DNA from: an uncultured Eubacterium sp.
GTDB lineage: Bacteria > Bacillota > Clostridia > Lachnospirales > Lachnospiraceae
DNA length: 64,000 nt
Direction: 5' to 3'
Assembly (NCBI GenBank): GCA_934320655.1
Contig: CAKRFN010000001.1
Coordinates: 184,848 to 248,847 of the forward strand
Made by a program: the position numbers and the translations under genes. The first letter of the stretch is position 1. Each line of letters opens with the position of its first letter. The notes under the pieces are model-generated. The model did not search any database and had not been told where the DNA came from. It was given only the letters and a program-made list of their open reading frames with translations. Below, in pieces: positions 10,748-21,311 of this stretch.

Positions 10748-11443
10748 ATGACAAACCATATTACAACAAAAGAACTTCCGTTATCGGAACGACCCTACGA
10801 AAAGTGCCTGCTGCACGGAGCAGGGGCATTGTCGGACGCGGAGCTGCTCGCCGTCATTTTAAAGAGCGGCAGTTCTGGGATGAATGGCATCCAGTTAGCA
10901 CAGCAGATTTTACAGTCCGGCAGAAAAAACTTATTAAATCTCCATCACCTGTCAGTGGAAGAACTGATGTCTTTTCCGGGCATCGGTGAGGTCAAGGCGA
11001 TCCAGCTCAAATGCGTGGCAGAGATCTCGCGCCGGATCGCACAGACCGCGCGCAGGGAGCAGATCGAACTGAGTGACGCGGCATCTGTGGCAGCTTACTA
11101 TATGGAGCGGCTCCGGCATGAGCCGAGAGAACAACTGATCCTCAGCATGTTCGACATCAAATGCCGTCTGCTGGGCGACTGCGTGATTGCGACCGGTTCG
11201 GCGCATGCGGTATACGGATCTCCGCGTGAGATCTTTTTACAGTTATTGGAGAAAAGGGCGGCTGCGTTTATCCTGCTGCACAATCATCCAAGCGGCGATC
11301 CCGCTCCGAGCATGGAGGATGTACGGCTGACAAGGCGGATCAGGGACTGCGGCACACTGATGGATATTACAATGTCTGACCACATTATAATTGGGGATAA
11401 TAAGTATTACAGTTTCCGGGAAAACGAACAGATTTTAGTTTAG
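10748..11443 (+). CDS. radC: RadC-family JAB-domain protein (UPF0758)
   Basis: HhH N-terminus and C-terminal JAMM motif LLHNHPSGDPAPSMED; directly upstream of mreB as in Bacillus; start set at internal ATG 10748 (the ORF track begins at 10700). Confidence 0.8.
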   Translation: MTNHITTKELPLSERPYEKCLLHGAGALSDAELLAVILKSGSSGMNGIQLAQQILQSGRKNLLNLHHLSVEELMSFPGIGEVKAIQLKCVAEISRRIAQTARREQIELSDAASVAAYYMERLRHEPREQLILSMFDIKCRLLGDCVIATGSAHAVYGSPREIFLQLLEKRAAAFILLHNHPSGDPAPSMEDVRLTRRIRDCGTLMDITMSDHIIIGDNKYYSFRENEQILV

Positions 11444-11468
11444 GAACAGAATTTAGGAGAAAAACAGT

Positions 11469-12485
11469 ATGAGCAGCAATGTATACGGAATTGATCTTGG
11501 CACGAACAACCTGAAAGTGTTCTGCAAAGCGAGCGGCCAGATCTTAAACGAGAAAAATACAGTGGCGATTGTCAATAAAAACCAGTTATATGCATATGGA
11601 GATGAGGCATATGCCATGTATGAGAAGGCACCCGATACGATACAGGTATCATTTCCGGTCATTGGCGGAGTGATCGCTGAGTATAATTTCCTGCAGACGA
11701 TGATTTTTGAGTTTTTAGAAAAGCACTCAAAGGGAAAGGTGCGCGGTGCGGACTTTATCGTGGCGGTTCCGACCGACATTACAGAAGTAGAGAAAAAAGC
11801 ATTTTTTGATATGTTTTATAAGAGCCGCGTGAAGCCCAGACTCGTTCAGGTCTGTGAAAAGCCGATTGCGGATGCAGTAGGTCTCGGACTTGATGTCAAC
11901 GAGCCGACCGGTGTTATGCTTGTGGATATCGGTGCGGACACGACAGAGATCTCCGTGATCTCACTCGGCGGACTGGTCATCAGCAGCCTGCTTCACTTTG
12001 GCGGCAACCAGCTCGATGAATCGATCATTTCCTATGTGCGCAAAAACAACAACCTGCTGATCGGCAGAAAGACCGCATGTGCATTGAAGGAAACGATCGG
12101 ATGTGCGCTGCCCGGCAGCGAGGAAACGATGCTGATCGTCGGCCGCGATGTTGTCAGCGGTCTGCCGATTGAAACAGAAGTGACTGCGGCACAGGTACAT
12201 GAGGCGATCCAGACGGATCTGAATGACATCTGCAATTCGATCAAGATGACGCTGGAGCACACACCGCCCGAGCTGGCACGCGATATTATCCATGCAGGTA
12301 TTTATATCACCGGCGGTTCTTCACGCATCCGCAAGCTGGATGAGCTGTTTGCACAGATTACCGGCATGCGGGTCAATACATGTGAGGATCCGGAAGAGTG
12401 TGTGGCAAGAGGTCTGGTAAAGATTGTCAGTGATACCAAATTCAAGCACCTTGCATACACGTTAAAGGCAAAGATCTATAAATAA
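11469..12485 (+). CDS. mreB: Rod shape-determining actin homolog, MreB/Mbl family
   Basis: Phosphate-1 motif GIDLGTNNLKV, actin-fold motifs, synteny radC-mreB-mreC-mreD. Confidence 0.8.
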   Translation: MSSNVYGIDLGTNNLKVFCKASGQILNEKNTVAIVNKNQLYAYGDEAYAMYEKAPDTIQVSFPVIGGVIAEYNFLQTMIFEFLEKHSKGKVRGADFIVAVPTDITEVEKKAFFDMFYKSRVKPRLVQVCEKPIADAVGLGLDVNEPTGVMLVDIGADTTEISVISLGGLVISSLLHFGGNQLDESIISYVRKNNNLLIGRKTACALKETIGCALPGSEETMLIVGRDVVSGLPIETEVTAAQVHEAIQTDLNDICNSIKMTLEHTPPELARDIIHAGIYITGGSSRIRKLDELFAQITGMRVNTCEDPEECVARGLVKIVSDTKFKHLAYTLKAKIYK

Positions 12486-12505
12486 TCGCTGAGGTTTGAA
12501 TCAAA

Positions 12506-13381
12506 ATGGCACGTGTGAAACGTAAAAATAAAACATCGATTCCCGCAAAATATATACTGCTGGCATTGACCGGAGTCTGTTTCCTGCTGATGTTCGGCAG
12601 CTTTACATTCGGCTGGGTATCGGGACCGGTGGGGGATGCCACCAGCTATGTCTTTATCCCGATGCAGCGCGGACTGACGACGGTCGGCAACTGGATCTCG
12701 GACAAGACCTACGAGCTGGCCAATCTGAAAAACGTCATGAAAGAAAACGAGGAGCTCAAGGCGCAGGTCGATGCGCTCACCGACGAGCTGAACACGCGGA
12801 AGCTCGAGCAGTATGATACCGAGGATCTGCGGGCGCTGCTGGCACTGGATGAGGGCTATTCCGAATACAACAAGGTCGCAGCCAGCGTCATCGGCAAGGA
12901 TGCCGGCAACTGGTTTGATACCTTTTTGATCGATAAAGGCAGCAAGGATGGGATCGCCGAGGGGATGAATGTCATTACCGGACGGGGTGTGGCAGGTATT
13001 ATCACAGAGGTTGGACCCAATTATGCAAAGGTCCGTTCGATCATCGATGACATGAGCAGTGTGAGCGGCATGGTATTATCTACCTCCGACAACTGTGTGA
13101 TCAAGGGTGATTTACAGACGATGGACGAGCGGCAGATGATTACCTTCAGCAATCTGAAAGATACAGACAATAAAGTGGCTGTGGGAGATCAGGTCGTCAC
13201 TTCCTACATCAGTTCCGAATATGTACAGGGACTTCTGATCGGATATATCAGTGAGATCCATGTCAATTCAAATAATCTGACGAAATCCGGTTTGATTTCA
13301 CCGGTTGTTGATTTTGAGCATGTGAAGCATGTGCTCGTGATCACTGACCTGAAGACAACCACACAGACTCAGGAGGAATAG
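12506..13381 (+). CDS. mreC: Rod shape-determining protein MreC
   Basis: N-terminal TM segment, coiled-coil, C-terminal beta domains; position after mreB. Confidence 0.75.
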   Translation: MARVKRKNKTSIPAKYILLALTGVCFLLMFGSFTFGWVSGPVGDATSYVFIPMQRGLTTVGNWISDKTYELANLKNVMKENEELKAQVDALTDELNTRKLEQYDTEDLRALLALDEGYSEYNKVAASVIGKDAGNWFDTFLIDKGSKDGIAEGMNVITGRGVAGIITEVGPNYAKVRSIIDDMSSVSGMVLSTSDNCVIKGDLQTMDERQMITFSNLKDTDNKVAVGDQVVTSYISSEYVQGLLIGYISEIHVNSNNLTKSGLISPVVDFEHVKHVLVITDLKTTTQTQEE

Positions 13382-13388
13382 AGCGCCT

Positions 13389-13910
13389 ATGCGTCGAAAA
13401 ATCACGGTATTTCTGATTGTTGCCGTCTGTTTTCTGTTGCAGACGACATTGTTTCAGTCCATATCATTTCTCACGGTTGCGCCGAATCTGCTGATTATCG
13501 TAACTGCATCATTCGGTTTTATGAGAGGAAACAAAGAGGGCATGTATATCGGGCTGCTGTGTGGGCTTCTGGTCGATATATTTTATGCCAATATCCTTGG
13601 CGGATATGCATTGTTGTATATGTATATCGGATATATGAACGGCTTTTTCCGCAAACTGTTTTTTCCGGAAGACTTTAAGCTGCCGATGCTGCTGATCTCA
13701 GCCAGCGATTTTGTTTATAACTTTGTGATATATTTTTTCCTGTTCCTGTTCCGTAACAGGCTGGATTTTCCTTATTATCTGTCACATGTGATCCTGCCAG
13801 AGCTCGTGTATACGCTGCTCATGATGATTGTTCTTTATTTTGTGATCTTAAAGATCAACCGACGGCTGGAGGAAATAGAGAGAAAGAGAGCTGCAAAATT
13901 TGTTTCGTAA
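13389..13910 (+). CDS. mreD: Rod shape-determining protein MreD (polytopic membrane protein)
   Basis: Hydrophobic ~170-aa protein between mreC and PBP2. Confidence 0.6.
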   Translation: MRRKITVFLIVAVCFLLQTTLFQSISFLTVAPNLLIIVTASFGFMRGNKEGMYIGLLCGLLVDIFYANILGGYALLYMYIGYMNGFFRKLFFPEDFKLPMLLISASDFVYNFVIYFFLFLFRNRLDFPYYLSHVILPELVYTLLMMIVLYFVILKINRRLEEIERKRAAKFVS

Positions 13911-16785
13911 TATTAAGAGCTTTATTAAACAGATTTTTCAATCGAGAATCGTTTTTCTGGCGATCCTATTTATCGGAATGGCGATCTGCCTGCTGCTTCG
14001 TCTGTTTCAGCTACAGATCATCAACGGAGCAGACAGCCAGTCAGATTATCTGATGCGCGTGATCAAGACCCGCAGGCTCAACAGTACACGCGGCAATATC
14101 TTTGACCGCAACGGCAAACTGCTCGCCTACAATGAGCTGGCATACGGCATCACGATCGAGGATAACGGCAGTTATACGAGGGATGGTGAGCTCAGTGCCA
14201 CACAGGTGAAAAACCGTTCGATCAACGAGGATCTTGCAAATGTACTGCACACGATGGATCAGAACGGCGATGTGATTGACAACGATTTTTCGATTTTGTT
14301 GAATGAAAATAACGAGTATACGTTTACGGTCAGCGGCAGTAAGCTGCAACGTTTCCGCGCGGATATTTACGGAAAGACCGCCACGGATGAGCTGGGTTAT
14401 GACAAAACCCTCGGCTATGACACGGCTGCGGCGACTCCGGATCAGATCATGGCATACCTGGCGAGTGATAACAGCAACTGTTTTGACATCTCATCGGATT
14501 ATTCTAAAAATGACGCTTACCGCATTGCAATTATCCGTTACCGTATGCGCCAGAACAGTTATCAGAAATATATTGCTGCGTCCATTGCATCAGACGTCAG
14601 CGAAGAGACCGTTGCCTATGTCAGTGAACATTCCGATGAGCTGCAAGGTATTGAGGTCACAGAGGATACGATCCGCCGTTATAACGATAGCAAATATTTT
14701 GCCCATCTGATCGGCTACACCGGCCAGATTGATGAGGAAGAGTATCTGGCTTTCGGCGGTGATACAGAGGGCTCCGAATATTCGCGCAACGATACCGTTG
14801 GAAAATCCGGTATCGAGCAGTATATGGATGCCGAACTCAAAGGAAAAAAGGGCGAGGAAAAACTCTATGTAGATAACCTCGGTAAAGAGTTAGAGACGAT
14901 TGAACGGACGGAGCCGGAAGCCGGGAATGATGTCTATCTGTCGATTGACATGGATCTGCAAAAAGCAGTCTATGATCTGCTCGAGCAGGAGATCGCAGGT
15001 ATTGTTTATTCCAAGATTATCAATGCAAAGGAATATCAGGCTTCCGGTGCTTCGGATATCAAAATACCGATTGATGATGTGTATTATGCACTGATCAACA
15101 ACAATGTGATCCAGATGGATCATTTTTCCGCGGAGGATGCGTCCGATACGGAGCAGGCGGTCTACCGCGTATTCAGCAGCCAGCGCGAAAAGGTACTGAA
15201 TGCGATTGAAAAGGAACTGACCAAGAGCAATCCTGCCGCCTACGGAGATCTGTCCGAGGATATGCAGATGTATATGAGCTATATCGTGTCGATGCTGATG
15301 GATACAGAAAATCCGGTTATTTTAACCGATAAGATTGACTGGAATGACGAGACTTACATCGCATGGAAAAACGATACGATCAGTTTACAGGAATATCTCT
15401 ACCATATTATCAATGAACAGTGGTTTGATGTGACCAAATTCCCGTCGGATACCAGATATTCGGACTCCGAGGAATTTTACCAGTTGTTTGTACAGTATAT
15501 TCTCGATCACCTGACCACTGACGAGGGCTTTTGTAAACGGATCTATAAGCATATGATCCGTGACGACCTGCTCTCAGGCGTACAGGTCTGCCTGATTTTA
15601 TACGATCAGGAGATTCTCGATTACGATGATGAGAAGATCGCAGAGTTGAAAAACCATGCGCTCAGCCCCTATGATTTTATGATGGAGCGCATTAAAAACC
15701 TTGAGATCACACCGGCACAGCTGGCGCTCGATCCGTGTACCGGTTCCTGCGTGATCACCGATGTGAACAGCGGTGAGCTGTTGGCGTGTGTGACTTACCC
15801 CGGTTATGACAATAACCGACTGGCCAATACCGTAGACAGTGCCTATTTCGCGTCGCTGATGGATGATCTGTCATCGCCGTTCTATAACAATGCGACGCAG
15901 CAGAAGACCGCACCCGGTTCTACCTTTAAGATGGTGACTGCTACCGCCGGCCTGACTGAGGGCGTGATCTCTACGACAACGCGTATTCAGGACAAAGGAA
16001 AATTTGAACGTGTAGAGGATGGACCCAAGTGCTGGATCTATCCGGGTGGCACACACGGCAAGATCAATGTATCAGAGGCACTCCGGGATTCATGTAACTA
16101 TTTCTTCTATGAGCTCGGATGGCAGTTCTCACAGGTTGGTGACAACTATGTGGAGTCAGCCGGCATCAATGTATTGAAGAAATACGCAGAGATGTATGGT
16201 CTGGGTGAAAAGACAGGTATCGAAACAGTCGAGAGTACACCGGAGATTGCAGATGCATATCCGATCACGGCTGCGATCGGACAGAGTAACCACAACTATA
16301 CGACCATCGCATTATCCAGATATGTCACTGCCGTGGCCAATTCCGGAACGGTCTATAATTATACGCTGTTAAACAAGCTGACCGATACAGAAGGAAATGT
16401 ACTGAAAACCTATACACCGTCCGTGCATAATGAGATGGATGAGATCTCATATACGACATGGGATGCGATCCACCGCGGAAACCGGATGGTTGTAGAAAAT
16501 CTAAGCTCCTTTGATGATTTTGAACGGATTGAGGTCGCAGGTAAAACGGGTACTGCCCAGCAAGTCAAGAACAGACCCAACCATGCATTGTTTGTCGGAT
16601 ATGCACCGTACAATGATCCAAAAGTATCGATCACAACACGTATTGCATATGGATATACGTCACACAATGCGGCGGATGTCTCTGCCAATATTTTGAAATA
16701 TTACTTCCGTCTGGATACGGCAGACAATCTGATCACCGGAAAAGCAGCAAATGTCGGAAATAATTCAAATTCATTTACCGATTAA
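13900..16785 (+). CDS. mrdA: Penicillin-binding protein 2 (class B transpeptidase), unusually long at 961 aa
   Basis: N-terminal TM anchor; SxxK (GSTFKMVTA), SxN (RDSCNYF) and KTG (AGKTGTAQ) motifs; TTG start overlapping the mreD end. Confidence 0.85.
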   Translation: MFRNIKSFIKQIFQSRIVFLAILFIGMAICLLLRLFQLQIINGADSQSDYLMRVIKTRRLNSTRGNIFDRNGKLLAYNELAYGITIEDNGSYTRDGELSATQVKNRSINEDLANVLHTMDQNGDVIDNDFSILLNENNEYTFTVSGSKLQRFRADIYGKTATDELGYDKTLGYDTAAATPDQIMAYLASDNSNCFDISSDYSKNDAYRIAIIRYRMRQNSYQKYIAASIASDVSEETVAYVSEHSDELQGIEVTEDTIRRYNDSKYFAHLIGYTGQIDEEEYLAFGGDTEGSEYSRNDTVGKSGIEQYMDAELKGKKGEEKLYVDNLGKELETIERTEPEAGNDVYLSIDMDLQKAVYDLLEQEIAGIVYSKIINAKEYQASGASDIKIPIDDVYYALINNNVIQMDHFSAEDASDTEQAVYRVFSSQREKVLNAIEKELTKSNPAAYGDLSEDMQMYMSYIVSMLMDTENPVILTDKIDWNDETYIAWKNDTISLQEYLYHIINEQWFDVTKFPSDTRYSDSEEFYQLFVQYILDHLTTDEGFCKRIYKHMIRDDLLSGVQVCLILYDQEILDYDDEKIAELKNHALSPYDFMMERIKNLEITPAQLALDPCTGSCVITDVNSGELLACVTYPGYDNNRLANTVDSAYFASLMDDLSSPFYNNATQQKTAPGSTFKMVTATAGLTEGVISTTTRIQDKGKFERVEDGPKCWIYPGGTHGKINVSEALRDSCNYFFYELGWQFSQVGDNYVESAGINVLKKYAEMYGLGEKTGIETVESTPEIADAYPITAAIGQSNHNYTTIALSRYVTAVANSGTVYNYTLLNKLTDTEGNVLKTYTPSVHNEMDEISYTTWDAIHRGNRMVVENLSSFDDFERIEVAGKTGTAQQVKNRPNHALFVGYAPYNDPKVSITTRIAYGYTSHNAADVSANILKYYFRLDTADNLITGKAANVGNNSNSFTD

Positions 16786-16859
16786 GTGATTTTGCGTTAT
16801 ACTATAATTATCTGAAGAAATCTAGTAGAAATAAAAACGAAAAAGAGAGGCGAACAGCA

Positions 16860-17549
16860 TTGCAGAAACAGCCCGTGATTATCAAAAGCTCGAAAAACGG
16901 TATCAATTTAGTGCTCGATAATGCACTCCCGTTTGATACACTGTTAGAAGAGATCAGACAGAAGTTTGTGGAATCAGAAAAATTTTTCAAAAATGCGAAG
17001 ATCGCGATTTCCTTTGAGGGTCGTGCGCTTAGCGAGGACGAGCAGTATGCGGTCATTGATGCCATTCAGCAGAATACGACGATCTCCATTGTCTGTATCA
17101 TGGATCATGATGATCTGATGGATGAGGTGATCCAGCGCAGGATGGATACTTACGTTGAGATGCACTCACCGCAGACCGGACAGTTTTACAAGGGTACCTT
17201 GCGCTCCGGTCAGCAGTTTGAATCAGAGACGAGCCTGATTGTGCTCGGGGATGTCAATCCGGGCGCAAAGGTCATTGCAAAAGGCAATATTGTGGTTTTA
17301 GGCGCCTTAAAGGGTACCGCCTACGCGGGTGCAGACGGAGACAGCAGTTGTTTTGTGGCAGCATTAGAGATGAATCCCGTACAGATCAAGATCGGGGATT
17401 ACATCGGCCGCTCCGCAGACCGGAAAGAGCCGGTGCGCGGTTTCCGCAAAAAGGTCAAAGAGGAAGCCGGCGGACCACAGATCGCGACCGTCTATGAGCA
17501 ACAGATTTTAATTGAGCCGATTTCATCCGGCTTGTTAAAAAATATGTAG
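16860..17549 (+). CDS. minC: Septum site-determining protein MinC
   Basis: C-terminal beta-helix LIVLGDVNPGAKVIAKGNIVVLGALKGTAYAG; TTG start with AAAGAGAGG RBS; followed by minD and minE. Confidence 0.8.
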   Translation: MQKQPVIIKSSKNGINLVLDNALPFDTLLEEIRQKFVESEKFFKNAKIAISFEGRALSEDEQYAVIDAIQQNTTISIVCIMDHDDLMDEVIQRRMDTYVEMHSPQTGQFYKGTLRSGQQFESETSLIVLGDVNPGAKVIAKGNIVVLGALKGTAYAGADGDSSCFVAALEMNPVQIKIGDYIGRSADRKEPVRGFRKKVKEEAGGPQIATVYEQQILIEPISSGLLKNM

Positions 17550-17610
17550 CTGTTTGATACAGTTACCAAATGTTATTTGGAATGAATTAAGTATTAGGAG
17601 GAATTAGTAC

Positions 17611-18399
17611 ATGAGCGAGGTTATCGTAATTACATCAGGAAAAGGCGGTGTCGGCAAGACAACTACCACAGCAAATGTGGGCACCGGATTAGCACAGCTG
17701 GATAAAAAAGTAGTTTTGATCGACACAGATATCGGACTTCGCAATCTGGATGTCGTTATGGGATTGGAAAACCGGATTGTATACAATCTGGTCGACGTGG
17801 TAGAAGGTAACTGCCGCATCAAACAGGCGCTCATTAAGGATAAAAAATATCCGAATCTGTTCCTGCTTCCCTCCGCACAGACGAGGGATAAAACATCCGT
17901 AAATCCCGAGCAGATGAAAAAACTGATCGAAGATCTGCGCGAAGATTTCGATTATATTTTACTGGATTGCCCGGCTGGTATTGAGCAGGGATTCCAGAAC
18001 GCGATCGCCGGAGCGGAGCGCGCACTGGTCGTAACGACACCGGAGGTATCTGCGATCCGTGATGCAGACCGTATTATCGGACTGCTCGAGGCAAACGAGA
18101 TCGGCAAGACAGAGCTCATCGTCAACAGACTGCGTATGGATATGGTCAAGCGGGGAGATATGATGTCTGTAGAGGATGTCTGTGAGATTCTGGCGATTGA
18201 CCTGATCGGTGCAGTACCGGATGATGAACAGATCGTTATTTCTACCAACCAGGGTGAGCCGCTCGTCGGTTCCGACTGTCTGGCAGGCAAAGCATACCTG
18301 AATATCTGCCACCGGATCTTAGGAGAGGAAGTACCGTTCCTTGACCTGAATGTCAAAGAGGGCTTCTTCAGTAAGCTGGCTGGCGTGTTTAAGAGATAA
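17611..18399 (+). CDS. minD: Septum site-determining ATPase MinD
   Basis: Deviant Walker A SGKGGVGKTTTTAN; ParA/MinD family. Confidence 0.95.
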   Translation: MSEVIVITSGKGGVGKTTTTANVGTGLAQLDKKVVLIDTDIGLRNLDVVMGLENRIVYNLVDVVEGNCRIKQALIKDKKYPNLFLLPSAQTRDKTSVNPEQMKKLIEDLREDFDYILLDCPAGIEQGFQNAIAGAERALVVTTPEVSAIRDADRIIGLLEANEIGKTELIVNRLRMDMVKRGDMMSVEDVCEILAIDLIGAVPDDEQIVISTNQGEPLVGSDCLAGKAYLNICHRILGEEVPFLDLNVKEGFFSKLAGVFKR

Positions 18400-18414
18400 C
18401 AGGGGGATACATAC

Positions 18415-18687
18415 ATGGGATTCATGGACATATTTAAGAAAAAAAGCTCCGGTGATGTAGCAAAAGACCGATTGAAGCTGCTGTTGGTTTCCGATCGCGC
18501 GGATTGCTCCCCGGATGTGATGGAAGCGATCAAAAATGACATCATACAGGTAATTTCAAAATATATGGAGATAGATGCAGAAGGACTGGATATCCAGATC
18601 ACGCAGACCGAATCGGAGACAAACAACGGTACGGTACCTGCGCTGTATGCAAATATCCCCATCAAGGATTTAAAGCATAAATGTTAA
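18415..18687 (+). CDS. minE: Cell division topological specificity factor MinE
   Basis: 90-aa protein with N-terminal MDIFKKK...AKDRLKLLL amphipathic MinE motif. Confidence 0.85.
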   Translation: MGFMDIFKKKSSGDVAKDRLKLLLVSDRADCSPDVMEAIKNDIIQVISKYMEIDAEGLDIQITQTESETNNGTVPALYANIPIKDLKHKC

Positions 18688-19817
18688 AAAGGTATTCGAT
18701 TCGTAATTACAATTTCAGACTGGTGATTTATCTCGTTGTGCTAACGGTTCTCGGAATTCTCGTGATCGGCAGTGCAAAGGAGGGAAATAACCAGAGCAGA
18801 CAGATTATGGGACTGGTTCTCGGACTCGCTGCCATGGTTTTTATATCGCTGCTGGACTACAGTTTTATCCTGCGTTTTGCATGGATCTGGTACGGACTGA
18901 ACCTTGTGCTGCTGACTGCGGTCATCGCAGGTCTGGGTTCGAGCCACAAGGGTGCGACGCGCTGGATCGAGATCGCGGGCATCCAGTTCCAGCCGTCCGA
19001 GCTCTCAAAAATCGTTCTGATCCTGTTTTTTGCGGCATTTCTCCAAAAACACAGGGAAAAGGTAAACAGCTTAAAAATACTGTTTATCTATGCGCTGTTG
19101 GCAGGCATCCCACTATTTTTAGTATTTAGGGAGCCGGATTTGTCGACAACGATTGTTACGGCACTAATTTGTCTGACCCTCTTGTTTATCGGAGGATTAA
19201 GCTATAAAATAGTATTGGGTGGTCTCGCAGTGGCGGTGCCCTCGCTGCTGGTTGCATTGTATGTGATCGCATCCAGCCCGCCGGGAGCAGATGGTGCGCT
19301 TGAGGGTTATCAGAACGTCCGTATTCTGGCGTGGCTCTATCCGGAATTGTATCCGCAGCAGGCGCTTCAGACGCAGAACTCGATGATGGCGATCGGTTCC
19401 GGACAGCTCAGCGGAAAAGGTCTGTATAACACGGATGTGACTTCGATCAAAAGCGGCGGCTTTATCGCCGAGGCACATACGGATTTCATTTTTACAGTTG
19501 TCGGCGAGGAGTTAGGCTTTATCGGATCGGCACTCGTTGTGATCCTGATGGCTTTGATCGCACTGGAATGCCTGATCGTCGCCAGACGGGCGAAGGATCT
19601 TTCGGGCAGACTGATCTGCTGTGGAATGGCAGCGCTGATCGCCTTTCAGTCATTTGTAAATATCTGTGTAGTAACCGGTCTGTTTCCGAATACCGGAGTG
19701 ACACTTCCCTTTGTCAGCTACGGACTCACTTCGCTGGTGACGAACTTTGCCGGAATGGGGTTTGTATTAAATGTCGGATTACAGCCAAGAAAATATGGAA
19801 CGGGGGAAATTACATGA
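18681..19817 (+). CDS. rodA: SEDS-family peptidoglycan polymerase RodA/FtsW
   Basis: Ten predicted TM segments and SEDS family signature; overlaps the minE end; mre/min neighbourhood. Confidence 0.85.
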   Translation: MLKRYSIRNYNFRLVIYLVVLTVLGILVIGSAKEGNNQSRQIMGLVLGLAAMVFISLLDYSFILRFAWIWYGLNLVLLTAVIAGLGSSHKGATRWIEIAGIQFQPSELSKIVLILFFAAFLQKHREKVNSLKILFIYALLAGIPLFLVFREPDLSTTIVTALICLTLLFIGGLSYKIVLGGLAVAVPSLLVALYVIASSPPGADGALEGYQNVRILAWLYPELYPQQALQTQNSMMAIGSGQLSGKGLYNTDVTSIKSGGFIAEAHTDFIFTVVGEELGFIGSALVVILMALIALECLIVARRAKDLSGRLICCGMAALIAFQSFVNICVVTGLFPNTGVTLPFVSYGLTSLVTNFAGMGFVLNVGLQPRKYGTGEIT

Positions 19818-20209
19818 ATGTAGGATTGATTGCCCACGATGCAAAGAAAAAGCTGATGCAGAACTTTTGTATTGCATATCGGGGAATATTAAATAAGCAT
19901 ACGCTTTATGCGACCGGAACGACCGGACGGCTGATCGAGGAGGTCGCAAATCTGAATGTCCACAAATATCTTGCCGGTGCATTGGGCGGTGACCAGCAGA
20001 TGTGCGCACAGATCGAGAATAACGAGTTGGATATGGTTATCTTTCTGCGTGAGCCGGTATCACCGCGCTCACATGAGCCGGATGTAAACAATGTCGTCCG
20101 CCTGTGCGATATGCACAACATTCCATTGGCGACAAATCTTGCGACCGCGGAGCTTTTGATCCGCGCACTGGACAGAGGAGATTTAGACTGGCGTGAAATG
20201 TATAAATAA
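19814..20209 (+). CDS. mgsA: Methylglyoxal synthase
   Basis: MNVGLIAHDAKKK...ATGTTG...ALGGDQQ motifs; ATGA overlap with the rodA stop. Confidence 0.85.
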   Translation: MNVGLIAHDAKKKLMQNFCIAYRGILNKHTLYATGTTGRLIEEVANLNVHKYLAGALGGDQQMCAQIENNELDMVIFLREPVSPRSHEPDVNNVVRLCDMHNIPLATNLATAELLIRALDRGDLDWREMYK

Positions 20210-21191
20210 AAGAATACTGCTGGCGTTTGTGTTGTCTGCTGGACTGTTGTTATCCGGCTGTGGGCAGGATGTCAGCATTGAAGATCCCTATGACATCGGC
20301 ACTTCTGCGACCAATGCGAAGAGTGCATCCGGAACAGAGCTGGTTTCCGGTTCTGCGGACGCGGTTCATTTTTTTGCAGAGAATTTGTGTGTGGCAGAGG
20401 AGGAAGAGACACAATCCGATGCCGTCACTTCACAGGTCGTGGAGGCGGCAGGCGTGTTTTTGCCGACGGACGGGACGATTTCCTATCAGAAAAATATATA
20501 TGAAAAGATGTATCCCGCGAGTACAACCAAGATCATGACCGCTTATCTGGCGCTCACACAGGGCAATCCGGATGACATTGTGACGGTCAGCGAGCATGCG
20601 GTTGACCAGCCGAGCGATTCTTCGGTCTGTGGTCTGCGTGCCGGAGACCAGATCAAATTGTCAGATCTGTTGTATGGGCTGATGCTAAAGAGCGGAAATG
20701 ATGCAGCGATTGCGATCGCGGAGCATATTTCGGGCAGCGTGGAGGAGTTTGCAAACCTGATGAATGAGACCGCGCGTTCTTTCGGCGCAACGAACACGCA
20801 TTTTGTCAATCCGAACGGGCTGCATGATGACGATCATTATACGTGTGTCTATGATCTGTATCTGATCTTTTCACATGCAATCGAGCAGGAGCAGTTTGTG
20901 AATCTGATCCAGACGACGAGCTATACCGTATACTACACGGATGCGAACGGCAATGAGACCAGTCAGTCGTGGACAAACACGAACAAGTATCTCAACGGTG
21001 AGGTGACACAGCCGGAGGGCATCACCGTATTAGGCGGAAAAACAGGCACCACCAACGCCGCCGGATACTGTCTCGTATTGCTTTCGGACAACGATAAAAA
21101 CGAGCCGGTGATCTCTATCATCCTCAAAGCGGATGGCAGAAGCAACCTCTATTATGTTATGAATCAGGTTCTTGCAAATTTTGCAAAATAG
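20193..21191 (+). CDS. D-alanyl-D-alanine carboxypeptidase (peptidase S11), lipoprotein
   Basis: Lipobox LLSGC; SxxK ASTTKIM, SxN KSGND, KTG GGKTGTT. Confidence 0.8.
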   Translation: MKCINKRILLAFVLSAGLLLSGCGQDVSIEDPYDIGTSATNAKSASGTELVSGSADAVHFFAENLCVAEEEETQSDAVTSQVVEAAGVFLPTDGTISYQKNIYEKMYPASTTKIMTAYLALTQGNPDDIVTVSEHAVDQPSDSSVCGLRAGDQIKLSDLLYGLMLKSGNDAAIAIAEHISGSVEEFANLMNETARSFGATNTHFVNPNGLHDDDHYTCVYDLYLIFSHAIEQEQFVNLIQTTSYTVYYTDANGNETSQSWTNTNKYLNGEVTQPEGITVLGGKTGTTNAAGYCLVLLSDNDKNEPVISIILKADGRSNLYYVMNQVLANFAK

Positions 21192-21311
21192 AGTTGTATT
21201 TTATGCGAAAATATTTTATAATTTATCTATAGAAAAGCACCGCCGGAGTGAAAATTTTTATACAATTTCACAAAACGGCCGTGTAGTAAGGAAAAGCAGG
21301 AGGAGATAGCG

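Noticed and set aside
17952-18665. 237-aa minus-strand ORF overlapping minD and minE
   Set aside because: It is antisense to well-supported minD/minE, has S/P-rich low-complexity translation and no expression signals.
19568-19817. Long upstream extension of mgsA overlapping rodA (213-aa ORF)
   Set aside because: The conserved MgsA sequence begins at MNVGLIAHD (ATG 19814, overlapping the rodA TGA). The upstream part is simply the rodA 3' end read in another frame.
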